Assembly (NCBI GenBank): GCA_045545755.1
Contig: JAZQBQ010000047.1
Location: 16,007 to 80,006, forward strand
Direction: 5' to 3'
Length of the DNA stretch: 64,000 bases
Source: Congzhengia sp.
Lineage (GTDB): Bacteria; Bacillota; Clostridia; UBA1381; UBA9506
Of the stretch, positions 38,751 to 47,694 are shown one piece after another (the first letter of the stretch is position 1; the number at the start of each line of letters is the position of its first letter). The position numbers and the translations under genes are program-made. The notes beneath the pieces were generated by a model that made no database searches, was not told the DNA's origin, and worked only from the letters and a program-made list of their open reading frames with translations.

Positions 38751-39245
38751 TTAATCTTCCCACTCTCTGCTGAGCACGAAGTCATATCGTTCAATTATGT
38801 CGTCAACATAATTGTTTGCGGGGTTATAGATCATATAAGACACAAAAACCGTCCCATCACAGTAGCCCTCTGTAACGGAACGGTAGCTGATGTAATTGTA
38901 ATTTTCATCAAGTGCATTAAGCACTCTACCGTCGCCGGTTTCTTTGTTGGTTACGAACCCAATGCAACGCTCAACGATAACCATACCGTTTCGGTTTTCA
39001 AGAACTTCAGCAAAGAGTTCAGATGCGTCGTAAAGCTCATATTCATACGGCATCTTTGCTAACACATCTTCAACAAACAGGTCTTCAATTTCAACCCATT
39101 GATAATCGCCATATTTCAAGCATTTCTCAAGGGTAATACCTGTTTCATCAGGTGGCGTATCCACCTCGGCTGGTGCAGTTGCTGTGCAACCGCAAGCGGA
39201 AAGTAACAGGAGCAGTGCCATAAAGAACAGGAAAAACTTTTTCAT
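38751..39245 (-). CDS. Lipoprotein
   Basis: Signal peptide with LSAC lipobox. Confidence 0.65.
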   Translation of the reverse strand: MKKFFLFFMALLLLLSACGCTATAPAEVDTPPDETGITLEKCLKYGDYQWVEIEDLFVEDVLAKMPYEYELYDASELFAEVLENRNGMVIVERCIGFVTNKETGDGRVLNALDENYNYISYRSVTEGYCDGTVFVSYMIYNPANNYVDDIIERYDFVLSREWED

Positions 39246-39283
39246 TATAAAACCCTCGTTTCATTTTGATTTATGTAATCTCC

Positions 39284-39549
39284 AAGACGCATTCAATGTA
39301 AATCAGATTAGCAGTCTGAGCATTAAGGATTTGCTGTTAGCGTCTTAGAGGGTTTGTAGGAGCCACAAGACATCATTGAAAAAATTAACCCATTTAATTT
39401 CTTTGTTAAAGTTGCTGTTGATGTCTTTTAGGCAAAAAGCAAGGCACACGGTTTGGCAAAAGTGGGACTCGAACCCACGACATTCAGATTAACAGTCTGA
39501 TACTATATCCATCTTAGTTATTTCGTCTGAAATTTGCTGTTCGTGCCTT
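39284..39549 (-). ncRNA. Three tandem 'stem + ACAGCAA' RNA elements (39284-39346, 39367-39427, 39441-39549)
   Basis: Terminal IRs AAGACGC/GCGTCTT, AAGACATC/GATGTCTT and AAGGCAC/GTGCCTT; each 5' arm is followed by ACAGCAA. Confidence 0.65.
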
Positions 39550-39554
39550 TATGT

Positions 39555-39683
39555 TGGTCGAGAGGGATGGGCTTGAACCATCATAACAAATGTTGGCGGA
39601 TTTTCAGTCCGAACATTGCTGCGTAGTCTTGACAAGACTATCATAAGGATTCCGCTGCGTATGCCAATTTCGCCACCTCTCGA
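39555..39683 (-). ncRNA. tRNA-like RNA (Phe GAA anticodon loop) with inserted hairpin + GCAGCAA module
   Basis: TCGAGAG acceptor stem, D arm, T arm GATGG-TTCAAGC-CCATC, CCA; ~40-nt insert TAGTCTTG-TC-AAGACTAC-GCAGCAA. Confidence 0.6.
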
Positions 39684-39685
39684 TG

Positions 39686-39769
39686 TGGTGGGCAAGGTTG
39701 GACTCGAACCAACGAAGCCAAAAGCGCCTGATTTACAGTCAGGTGGAATTGCCACTATCCGACTTGCCC
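39686..39769 (-). tRNA. tRNA-Tyr(GTA)
   Basis: CCTGA-CTGTAAA-TCAGG arm, variable arm, CCA. Confidence 0.9.
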
Positions 39770-39772
39770 ATA

Positions 39773-39961
39773 TCAGTAGTAAAAGTTCGGATAGGATACG
39801 AGGCAAATCTTTTTGGAATGCTTCGCTCTGCAAATAAATCGCCAGCAAGGGTCAGGGTGGTCAAAGTGTTTTGTAACCCTTTCACCGGTTGATCTGACAA
39901 TGAAAGTTACATCAAGAGAACCCATAACATCATTCCTTTCGTATTTGATTATCCTATCCAT
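39773..39961 (-). CDS. Small hypothetical protein
   Basis: GAAAGGA RBS before MGSLDV. Confidence 0.45.
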   Translation of the reverse strand: MDRIIKYERNDVMGSLDVTFIVRSTGERVTKHFDHPDPCWRFICRAKHSKKICLVSYPNFYY

Positions 39962-40075
39962 TAGGGAGAAGGTGGTTCCCGTGCCATTGCCGAGGAGTTT
40001 TACAACTTTTCGATTAGCAATGTTACTCTTAGTCGTTACCTAAAACTCGTCACGGGAACCGTTTGGTTATGCAAC

Positions 40076-40230
40076 AAGAGACCATAGAGAGTGAAAAGTG
40101 GGAAAAGAACTTTTCGCCAAGGGGGAAGCGAAAAGAAAAACCATTCACAGGGAAGTCGTTGCGAATGGCACAGCATTTGTATAAAACTTTTTAGTATTGT
40201 TATGTTTTGTAAAATTGCTGTTGGTCTCTT
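40076..40230 (-). ncRNA. 'Stem + ACAGCAA' RNA element
   Basis: 9-bp IR AAGAGACCA/TGGTCTCTT followed by ACAGCAA. Confidence 0.6.
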
Positions 40231-40240
40231 TTATATGTAG

Positions 40241-40363
40241 AGCGGCGGGTAGGAGTCGAACCTACGACACACAATTTGGCTTATAAGTAAACGATTGCTG
40301 TTAGTGATGATTTCGCACCACATTGTACTTAGATCGTTGCTCTACCAGTTGAGCTACCGCCGC
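40241..40363 (-). ncRNA. tRNA-like RNA with the anticodon arm replaced by an ACAGCAA insert
   Basis: GCGGCGG acceptor, TAGCTCAACTGGTAGAGC D arm, GTAGG-TTCGACT-CCTAC T arm; insert GTGGTG-CGAAAT-CATCAC-TAACAGCAA. Confidence 0.65.
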
Positions 40364-40369
40364 ATAGGG

Positions 40370-40488
40370 CACCCGGAGCAGGACTCGAACCTGCGACCTC
40401 GGCTTTAACAGAGCAAAAGAACCTTGCAGTTTGCCTCTTTAAGACAAGACACAATTGTACGCGCTCTAACCAACTGAGCTATCCGGGT
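40370..40488 (-). ncRNA. tRNA-like RNA (Asn-type GTT loop) with hairpin + AACTGCAA insert
   Basis: ACCCGGA acceptor, canonical D and T arms, insert of about 40 nt. Confidence 0.62.
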
Positions 40489-40592
40489 ATGTAAAGTTGG
40501 CTGTTTATCTCATTCCATTTACCACAGCTCCTGTAATCCTCGGCACAGTCCCAGAGCTCAAGGGACAACCGCAGGCTTCGTGGCACCAACCT

Positions 40593-41549
40593 TTAGGGTG
40601 TGAAAATGATTTTGCTGTTGTAATCCCAGCTACCAGACACAATGCCGTTTGGATGAATAATAAATTCACGACAGATGTTATCGGGTTCTGTTTCCTCAAC
40701 CTCATAAAGCATTCTCATATTTGAGTAGCTAAACAAAATCGGGGTTCCGTTGTCATTCCAAATTTCATAGATGTAATAATCCTGAACTGTCTGTTCGACA
40801 AACTCAAAATTATCATAAGCATAATCAAGTGCTTCGCGGTATAACATCTCTTTATCGTCATACGAAACACCGTGTTTATCGCTCAACTTCATCAGCTTTC
40901 GGAATGATAAATCATCTACAAAACGGAATGCATTTATAAATTCAACCATATCGCCTGTGTTGCGCATATCGCACATAACACACTGGATACGCATCTTTGT
41001 CTGTTTTAATTTTGATTTCAAAACTTTCAGCTCTGCAATCGTAGGCATAGTATCGCAGAAGATTTCATCGTTGCGCCTATCGTCAACAGAGTGTCTGCTG
41101 ATATTTACGAAATCGAACAAGCCGTCGATGATCTTTAAGTGATTACATAAATACTTTCCATTAGTATTCATTGTAAGAAACTTGATATCGTGCCGTGATA
41201 AGATTTCGCATAAATCATCAAACCGTTTGAATAGGAGTGGTTCGCCGCCAGTAACTGAAACGGAAAACAAGATACCTTGAGCTTCCATTTCAGACAACAT
41301 TCTATCCACACTATCCAAAAATCTTTTTGCGTTCTCGTTACATCGAGAATTTTGCTCTACACAAAACGAACAAGCCGCATTGCAAGCGTCTGTAAGCTTG
41401 AGGTGGAGATGCCACATCCACGGATTGTTTTCCAACATTACCTTATGACCAAAAAGCTCACGCTCAATTTTGCCGTCATAACTAATAGCAAGTTGTTCAA
41501 CATTAGCACTTTTGATGTAATCTTTTTTATCGGTTATTGTAGTAAACAA
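40593..41549 (-). CDS. Radical SAM protein
   Basis: CNAACSFC (CxxxCxxC), VTGGEPLL, NTNG, NISRH. Confidence 0.9.
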   Translation of the reverse strand: MFTTITDKKDYIKSANVEQLAISYDGKIERELFGHKVMLENNPWMWHLHLKLTDACNAACSFCVEQNSRCNENAKRFLDSVDRMLSEMEAQGILFSVSVTGGEPLLFKRFDDLCEILSRHDIKFLTMNTNGKYLCNHLKIIDGLFDFVNISRHSVDDRRNDEIFCDTMPTIAELKVLKSKLKQTKMRIQCVMCDMRNTGDMVEFINAFRFVDDLSFRKLMKLSDKHGVSYDDKEMLYREALDYAYDNFEFVEQTVQDYYIYEIWNDNGTPILFSYSNMRMLYEVEETEPDNICREFIIHPNGIVSGSWDYNSKIIFTP

Positions 41550-41574
41550 TATGACACCCCCTTATTGATACCAA

Positions 41575-42126
41575 TTAACCAATAATTTTGAAAAATTCCG
41601 CTTCATCAACTGCGACTGACTCCATATCGAGCCAAGACACACCTGACACAGCGGGGAGGGAAAACAGATATTTGATTACTTCCGTCGGCAATTCTTCTTT
41701 AAGCCAAGAACTTCCATACTTGTAGCCGTCATCATACAGCAGACCAACCTCCTCAAGCGCTTCACACGCTTTGGTGTAGTCATATCTGTGTGATAACTTC
41801 CACTCTCTGATGAACTCCTCTTGCTTGGGCGTTCCCGCCCTTGCATCGTTCATATGCCAACGGTTCCAAATGCTTTGGACTTTCAAAACATCGGAATACT
41901 CGAAACCCTCAGCGGGTATTAGTGCTTCGTTGGTTAAGTCATCGGCATTTTGACCGTGACTGTGCCAAGTTCCACACATTGATAACCTGCCATCTTCAAG
42001 CGTTATGTCGATGTAAAATCTACGGCAACCACCGAGTTTGCCAATCTCAAACGCTGGGCAAATTCTTCTTTGGTACTTAGTCTTCATCTCCATACGGATC
42101 ACACTCCTCATACGGAAACTCGACAA
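41575..42126 (-). CDS. Hypothetical protein
   Basis: WNRWHMND.RAGTPKQ..GYKYGSSWLKE. Confidence 0.6.
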   Translation of the reverse strand: MSSFRMRSVIRMEMKTKYQRRICPAFEIGKLGGCRRFYIDITLEDGRLSMCGTWHSHGQNADDLTNEALIPAEGFEYSDVLKVQSIWNRWHMNDARAGTPKQEEFIREWKLSHRYDYTKACEALEEVGLLYDDGYKYGSSWLKEELPTEVIKYLFSLPAVSGVSWLDMESVAVDEAEFFKIIG

Positions 42127-42676
42127 GTTTCTTTTGTCCGTTACACTCTATGATTTGCGGACGATACGCTACATAACCAAAATCCTGACACATCATCATT
42201 TCGATGTTGTCAAGAATTTCGCTCAGCTCTTCATCGCTGTATATGATTTCATCGCACTCGTCCAGACCCATAAGAGTGTTAAGGAAAACCGCAAGGGCTT
42301 CTCTCAATTCAGCTTCACGCTCAGCAACAAGCTCGATATCCGTTTCGTCAACATCAGATGTTGTTTCGGATTTGATTTCCTCAGCGTATTCCTCAAGCTG
42401 TTTGAGAAGTTTTTGATAAACCGCAACGCAGTCCTTTGCAGATATGGCGCATTCTTTGACAAGGACTTCTTCCTCGTCCTCGCCGTGTACCTGCTCAATA
42501 GTCATTGATGGATAGCCGTTTTCCTCAGTCAAGTAAACCCTGACCAGAGGACTTTCGGTTTCGTCGTCCAAAACTTCGGCTACATTATCCATCGCGCTTT
42601 CAAAACGCTTTTTGTGTTTTTGGAAGTAGTCCCAAAGCTCGTCAGGTTTTACATAGACTTTAATCACCGGCAGCAC
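42077..42676 (-). CDS. Acidic hypothetical protein
   Basis: 199-aa ORF. Confidence 0.55.
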   Translation of the reverse strand: MLPVIKVYVKPDELWDYFQKHKKRFESAMDNVAEVLDDETESPLVRVYLTEENGYPSMTIEQVHGEDEEEVLVKECAISAKDCVAVYQKLLKQLEEYAEEIKSETTSDVDETDIELVAEREAELREALAVFLNTLMGLDECDEIIYSDEELSEILDNIEMMMCQDFGYVAYRPQIIECNGQKKLVEFPYEECDPYGDED

Positions 42677-42679
42677 CTC

Positions 42680-42928
42680 TTAGGCAATAGCTGCAACAAC
42701 GACAGCTTTGATACCTTTCAGCAACCAAGCCGGAGCGTAGAAAATGTTTGCGCAGATCTTACCGACCATACACTGACCGTCAATGAACTCGTGCTTCATA
42801 CGCTTTGCGGACATAACCTTTGCAGTCAAAACATTGAAAGCAAAGTAGATAATTGCGACGATAATTCCGATAATATTCCAAACCATAACACCGTTCTCCT
42901 TTTCATTTCTATTGGTATTTTTAGGCAA
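42680..42928 (-). CDS. Small membrane protein
   Basis: TM helices; RBS before MVWN. Confidence 0.5.
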   Translation of the reverse strand: MPKNTNRNEKENGVMVWNIIGIIVAIIYFAFNVLTAKVMSAKRMKHEFIDGQCMVGKICANIFYAPAWLLKGIKAVVVAAIA

Positions 42929-42983
42929 AACAAAAGCGCTGCCGAAAACTCGCGGTAGCGCTTTGATTTCAGATATTTGATTT

Positions 42984-43319
42984 TTACTCGTCAGCTTTGA
43001 CGATACGATAACCCAGCTTGCAGATCAGGGCAAGGGTTTCGTAAGCAGTTGCTCTGTCATATTCCTTTTCAGAATCGTCGAGCATATCGTAAGGCAACAT
43101 ACAGGGCGTTTCCTTTTTAGCGTCATCACGCTTGGTGCCGTAAGTCCAGCCTTGCTTCTGGCGGTTCTTAGCCCAAACCTCGTGGGTATTCTCAGCCAGC
43201 TTTTCAACCAGATCCAAAACACCTTCGGGCAGCTCGACATCAGATGTGTCGATGGGATTAGGGGTATAACTCTTAGGATCGTACATATCTTTTCTCCTGT
43301 TCAATTGGATTTTGAGCAA
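42984..43319 (-). CDS. RyR-domain protein
   Basis: YTPNPIDTSDVELP..LAENTHEVWAKNR..GWTYG..RDD..PCMLPYD.L..EKEYDR. Confidence 0.88.
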   Translation of the reverse strand: MLKIQLNRRKDMYDPKSYTPNPIDTSDVELPEGVLDLVEKLAENTHEVWAKNRQKQGWTYGTKRDDAKKETPCMLPYDMLDDSEKEYDRATAYETLALICKLGYRIVKADE

Positions 43320-43366
43320 ACTAAAAGCACCTCTAAGACCTCAGAGATGCTTTAACTTTCAGATAT

Positions 43367-43732
43367 TCAGTTTTTAGTGTTCTTGGGAACGAACACTTCC
43401 GGCACGGTTACGGAAATGCAAATTCCGTCCTCAGTACCATCAATGGTGATCGCAGAGGTATAACTCATTACCTTGCAATACTTTTCGATGTCTTCACCAT
43501 AGATATCGAACACGATAAATGTTGCGGTTACTCCGCCGTGCTCTTCCTTTGGTGTCAACTTGACAGGTTCAACATTACCGTTACTCTTACGAGCGGCATT
43601 CATAAAGAAGTCCAAAACTTCAACGAACTTGTCCATCTGGGGCTGATTAACCACATAGTTATCATCCTTACGCAGACTCAAAACCGCGCCGTAAAGCTGG
43701 GTAATTCGCTTAACATATTCAATATCAGTCAA
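43367..43732 (-). CDS. Hypothetical protein
   Basis: TTG start with GAGGTG RBS. Confidence 0.55.
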   Translation of the reverse strand: MTDIEYVKRITQLYGAVLSLRKDDNYVVNQPQMDKFVEVLDFFMNAARKSNGNVEPVKLTPKEEHGGVTATFIVFDIYGEDIEKYCKVMSYTSAITIDGTEDGICISVTVPEVFVPKNTKN

Positions 43733-43736
43733 ACAA

Positions 43737-44177
43737 TCACCTCATATTCTTATATTCATTAAAATCCTCTTTCCACTTATCAGAGCCAAAGAGAATTTTG
43801 GAAAACCTTTTAGTAGCATTTCCGACAATCTTAAAGCGATAAGACCATTCCTTATACTTTTCAGATCCGTATTGCTGCTTGTATTTTTCCTTAAAGCCAT
43901 CGGTTTCAAAATCCTTTAGCATAGGGAAATAAAGACTTTTGGTTATGTTATAAATATCACAGTCCTCAATGCCGGAACCTTTGGCAACGATTTCATTGGC
44001 TTTTGTAACAAAATCCTCAACCGTTAAGAGTGCGTTTAGGTCAGCCTTTGGGAGTGATGATTTCTTGAATAGAAACCCATAGTTTGTGCTCACTGCATTT
44101 ACCCCCGTATGTTTGTATACGGAGTTATTATAACAGATTTGCACCAATTTGTCAATCAGGTAGCGCCATTTACTCAC
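43737..44177 (-). CDS. Hypothetical protein
   Basis: ORF; the true start may be internal. Confidence 0.45.
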   Translation of the reverse strand: MSKWRYLIDKLVQICYNNSVYKHTGVNAVSTNYGFLFKKSSLPKADLNALLTVEDFVTKANEIVAKGSGIEDCDIYNITKSLYFPMLKDFETDGFKEKYKQQYGSEKYKEWSYRFKIVGNATKRFSKILFGSDKWKEDFNEYKNMR

Positions 44178-44207
44178 GAACTAAAACCTCTTATCATTTC
44201 GGAAAAT

Positions 44208-44405
44208 TCATTTTTTGCCGTTTTTGTACTCGTCAAAGCAAGCCACTACCTCATTGTGAACAAAGGCAATAGAGCATTTATCACAGTTTAGGTGTATTCC
44301 TCTGTAACAACACACATTACAGGAGTGGCGAAAATTCCTTAAAGCTTCCTTTTTACTATCGCTTTCAAGCTGTCGCTCAACGCCGATTTGCTCAAACTTA
44401 GTCAT
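44208..44405 (-). CDS. Small Cys-rich protein
   Basis: SCNVCC..CDKCSI. Confidence 0.5.
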   Translation of the reverse strand: MTKFEQIGVERQLESDSKKEALRNFRHSCNVCCYRGIHLNCDKCSIAFVHNEVVACFDEYKNGKK

Positions 44406-44476
44406 TACTCGCTCACTCCATTCTTTATTCGATTTAGATTGACAAACCTTTTATAAGGGTGTGGCGAAAAGCCCGC

Positions 44477-45340
44477 TTACGCGGACTTCTCAACCACAAC
44501 AGTTTCGACCTCAGTGGCAGGCTCAGCCTTAGCTTCAGCCTTTGCCTTAGTGTCGCCGACCTTTTTTGCCTTTTCAGCGGAAACCATACGGTATTCAAGG
44601 TCATACGCTTTACCGGTTACGATGCGGTGCATTACATCGAGCACAAGGCGGTGAATGTACGCATTCTTAGCGACTGCGACAGACAAAACCTTTTTACCGC
44701 GCTTGGTGTAGCACATAAGCAGGTATGCAACATCGTGGTTGTTCACGCGATGAACATTCTTGCCCTTGCCATTATCCTCAAAGAGAATGGCATCAACAAC
44801 CTGCTGGAGCTGCTTACAGATAGCGGTATTGCTGTCCGGTGTTCCGCCCATTTCAACCTGACGCGCAAGGTCATTCATATAGAACGAGTCGCAGATCTTC
44901 TTGATTTGGGCTTTGGTCATTTTCAGTTCGGTAGCGGTACGCAACGCGAGGAGCTGGTTGAACTTCTCAACCGAGTACTTCCACATTGTAGGGGCTTTGA
45001 TGTACTCGCAGAACTTCACAAGGTCAATCTGGCGCACCTTGTCTTCCACGATTTCAAAACCTGTGATAGAACCCTCTTCACGCTTTACGCGATGGGACAC
45101 CACAAGGTAGCTGTGCATCGCAACAGCAGCCTTTACCGGATTTTCGGACTGTGCCAACTCGCCGAACACTTCGACGCATTTAGCCTCAGCGTATGCTGCC
45201 TCAGCGTCTTTAAGTTCCTGCTCAGTGCGAGTAGCTTTGGCGAGATCGTTTTCTTTCAGTGCTTCGTTGTATTCGCCGATTTTCTTGACGATAACATCAC
45301 GATGTTCACCGATAATTTTCTTGATATCAGCCATTTTCAT
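44477..45340 (-). CDS. Hypothetical protein
   Basis: 287-aa ORF with GAGG RBS. Confidence 0.65.
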   Translation of the reverse strand: MKMADIKKIIGEHRDVIVKKIGEYNEALKENDLAKATRTEQELKDAEAAYAEAKCVEVFGELAQSENPVKAAVAMHSYLVVSHRVKREEGSITGFEIVEDKVRQIDLVKFCEYIKAPTMWKYSVEKFNQLLALRTATELKMTKAQIKKICDSFYMNDLARQVEMGGTPDSNTAICKQLQQVVDAILFEDNGKGKNVHRVNNHDVAYLLMCYTKRGKKVLSVAVAKNAYIHRLVLDVMHRIVTGKAYDLEYRMVSAEKAKKVGDTKAKAEAKAEPATEVETVVVEKSA

Positions 45341-46055
45341 TACCTCACATTCGTGTTATTTTTACAGGCATAAGCCTATAAGAAAACACACCAACGGGCA
45401 TCTCATAACTACCGGTTGGTGTGCTTGATTTATAGGTTTATACAAAGGCGGAGTTCATAACTCTCCGCCTTGAAAATTCGTTACTCAAATCATACTCCAT
45501 TAGATCGCGCTATACCGCCCATCAGTAACAACCGTCCGCTTCCGTTGGAAACCTATGGCTCAACCCATTTCGCCCCAATTTGACTATCATTGATAGCCAT
45601 TCGGTTTTGGCTCTATGGGAAATAACATCAGTTCGATACAGTTTGAAAAAACTTCGTACTTATCAGCAGTTGCGCAAGCCGTGTTTAGGTTTAGCTGAAT
45701 ACCTGTTGCCATTTTCACTATCTGACGCGCCGTAGGTCTACTCCCATACGGCTGAACCGACGACTTTGAAATTTGGGACAAAGTTACCCTTATGCCTGCG
45801 CATATGCCCTCAACCGCTACTCCGGTCAGGTACGAGTTTAAGGCAAAAAGCCTTTGGACTAAGGTTGATAAAGCTCAGCCTTTGAAAAACTTGGCTCGGC
45901 GGTTTGCCGTTGCCGTCCGCTTATATAGTCGCGGTGTTCGGTGTTGCGCTCCGTGTGGGGTGCGTTGCCGTCCGTCGCGCAAACAGTTACCAAAAAGAGA
46001 AAACGAAAACGGCGCGCCGTTGTTGGCGCGCCGTCTGGGTGTTGCTTATTCGGTT

Positions 46056-47030
46056 TTATGCGTTGGCGGTTGCAAGTGCTTTTTTGCGTGCGCGGTATTC
46101 TCTATAATATTCCGCGTTGTGCTTGTTGCGTTGGCTCTTGCTCTTGGTTGCGTTCTCGGTTGCGTTGACTTGCGCCGAGTTGATAAGGGTTAAAAATTCG
46201 GGTGCGTTCTCGGTGATATAATCAAGGTACTTTTTGCGAATGTGGGTTAAATGTTCGTTGACAGTTGCCACACTCTTTATATTAAGTTTGTCGGCAATTT
46301 GGCGCTGACTATATCCGCGCGCCGTCAATATGGTAATTTCTTTTTGGCGCGGTGTAAGTGCTACCGCGCACGCGCTCAATACTGCGCCGAGTTTGTCGGC
46401 GGTTTCCGCGTCCATTGTTTCGGTATCCGTTGGGGTGTATCTTTCGCCGTTCTTGATAATGCGTGCAATATAGGACGATACCGCCACAAGATGCCCGCCG
46501 TTTTCCTCTATAAATTCGGTGCTTGTTTCGTATTCGGTTGCACTGCGTTGCGCCATAATGTGCGCGTTAATGGTTAAATATGCGTTGTGATACTGTTCGG
46601 TAATGTCCGCGCCGTCATTGATAGCGGTTAAAATGCCGTCATAGGCACAAGAGAAAATGTCTTGACTGTCAGCGGATAAGCGCGCGACCATATCCAAAAT
46701 ATAGGTTGCTCCGAGTTGCTCCGCTTGGGGCTGTCCGGCTCTTGCGTTTGCTCCGGTTAATTCGTTTGCAATGCGTTGTTGCGTTTCCGTTCCGCCTGTT
46801 CTTGACAAGGTTTTTTCCGCGCTCTTTTTGGCTACTTGTAACGCGCCACGCATAACGGCGTATGCGTTAATGTTGCCGTGTTCGTCTTGCGTTGTGGGGT
46901 ACACTCTAACGGTTGCGCCGTCAGGTGCTAACGGTTGCGCGTTTTCGTGCGCCGTCTTGGTGTTGGTTGCGTTCGTGCTTGTGCGTGTTTGCGTGCCGTC
47001 CGCGTGTGTAATAATGATAGTGTACAACAT
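46056..47030 (-). CDS. Sigma-70 region 4 / LuxR-type HTH protein
   Basis: LTPRQKEI..ARGYSQRQIADKLNI..TVNEHL.HIRKK. Confidence 0.7.
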   Translation of the reverse strand: MLYTIIITHADGTQTRTSTNATNTKTAHENAQPLAPDGATVRVYPTTQDEHGNINAYAVMRGALQVAKKSAEKTLSRTGGTETQQRIANELTGANARAGQPQAEQLGATYILDMVARLSADSQDIFSCAYDGILTAINDGADITEQYHNAYLTINAHIMAQRSATEYETSTEFIEENGGHLVAVSSYIARIIKNGERYTPTDTETMDAETADKLGAVLSACAVALTPRQKEITILTARGYSQRQIADKLNIKSVATVNEHLTHIRKKYLDYITENAPEFLTLINSAQVNATENATKSKSQRNKHNAEYYREYRARKKALATANA

Positions 47031-47146
47031 AGTGTTGCTCCCTTCTTAGCGGTGCTAAGGTGCGACCGCCTGCGCGCTTGGTGTTGGTGCGTGCTACCAA
47101 TGATATATAGTACTGTCAACGGGTGCGCCGTTGGGGTACTGTCATA

Positions 47147-47182
47147 ATGATAGCACAAATAAATGCGTTTGTCAATACAATT
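47147..47182 (-). promoter_or_regulatory. SigA-like promoter for the leftward arm
   Basis: Minus-strand TTGACA (47175-47170), 17 nt spacer, TATCAT; overlaps a partial operator motif TCAATACAATT. Confidence 0.55.
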
Positions 47183-47598
47183 TTTTCAATTTGTTTGAAA
47201 AATTGTTTTCCGTGTGTATAGTGTGGGTGTTCGGTGTTGCAAGTTGCACCGAAAACGACCATATTATTATATACGCGCGTTTTTGCCGTTCGTCCGTGTG
47301 CCGTTCGTCCGCGCTCCGTGTTGCCGTCCGTCTATGTTACAATTCGGCACTATGTAACATAGGGGGGTATTTTCCATATTTTAACCCCCTAACCCCAAGC
47401 CAAAAGCGACAAGTTGTTTCATCTCCCTCACACCTCTTAAAATTTAACCAGCTCCACCGGTTCCTTCGGTGAATCGTAGGAAACATCGCAGTTATTTCCT
47501 TATATAAATAAAGGCAGGATCTCTCCTGCTTTTACAAAAGTGCCCAGAACAAGGCATTAAAACCGAGCAATCAAAAAACTTGAAAATTTTTTATGAAA

Positions 47599-47673
47599 AC
47601 AATTAGAAAGAGTATTGACAAACCGAAAGTTATGTGGTATACTATGTACAGTCAATACAATTAGAAAGAGTAA
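47599..47673 (+). promoter_or_regulatory. SigA promoter flanked by two operator-like direct repeats
   Basis: TTGACA (47615), 17 nt spacer, TATACT (47638) with extended TG; ACAATTAGAAAGAGTA copies at 47599 and 47657. Confidence 0.75.
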
Positions 47674-47694
47674 ACGAAAGGATTTGATAGTGCG

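Noticed and set aside
37131-39062. Long plus-strand ORFs (258 aa and 373 aa); similarly 44459-45373 and 19093-19791
   Set aside because: These are antisense shadows of well-supported minus-strand genes, with no RBS or recognisable motifs.
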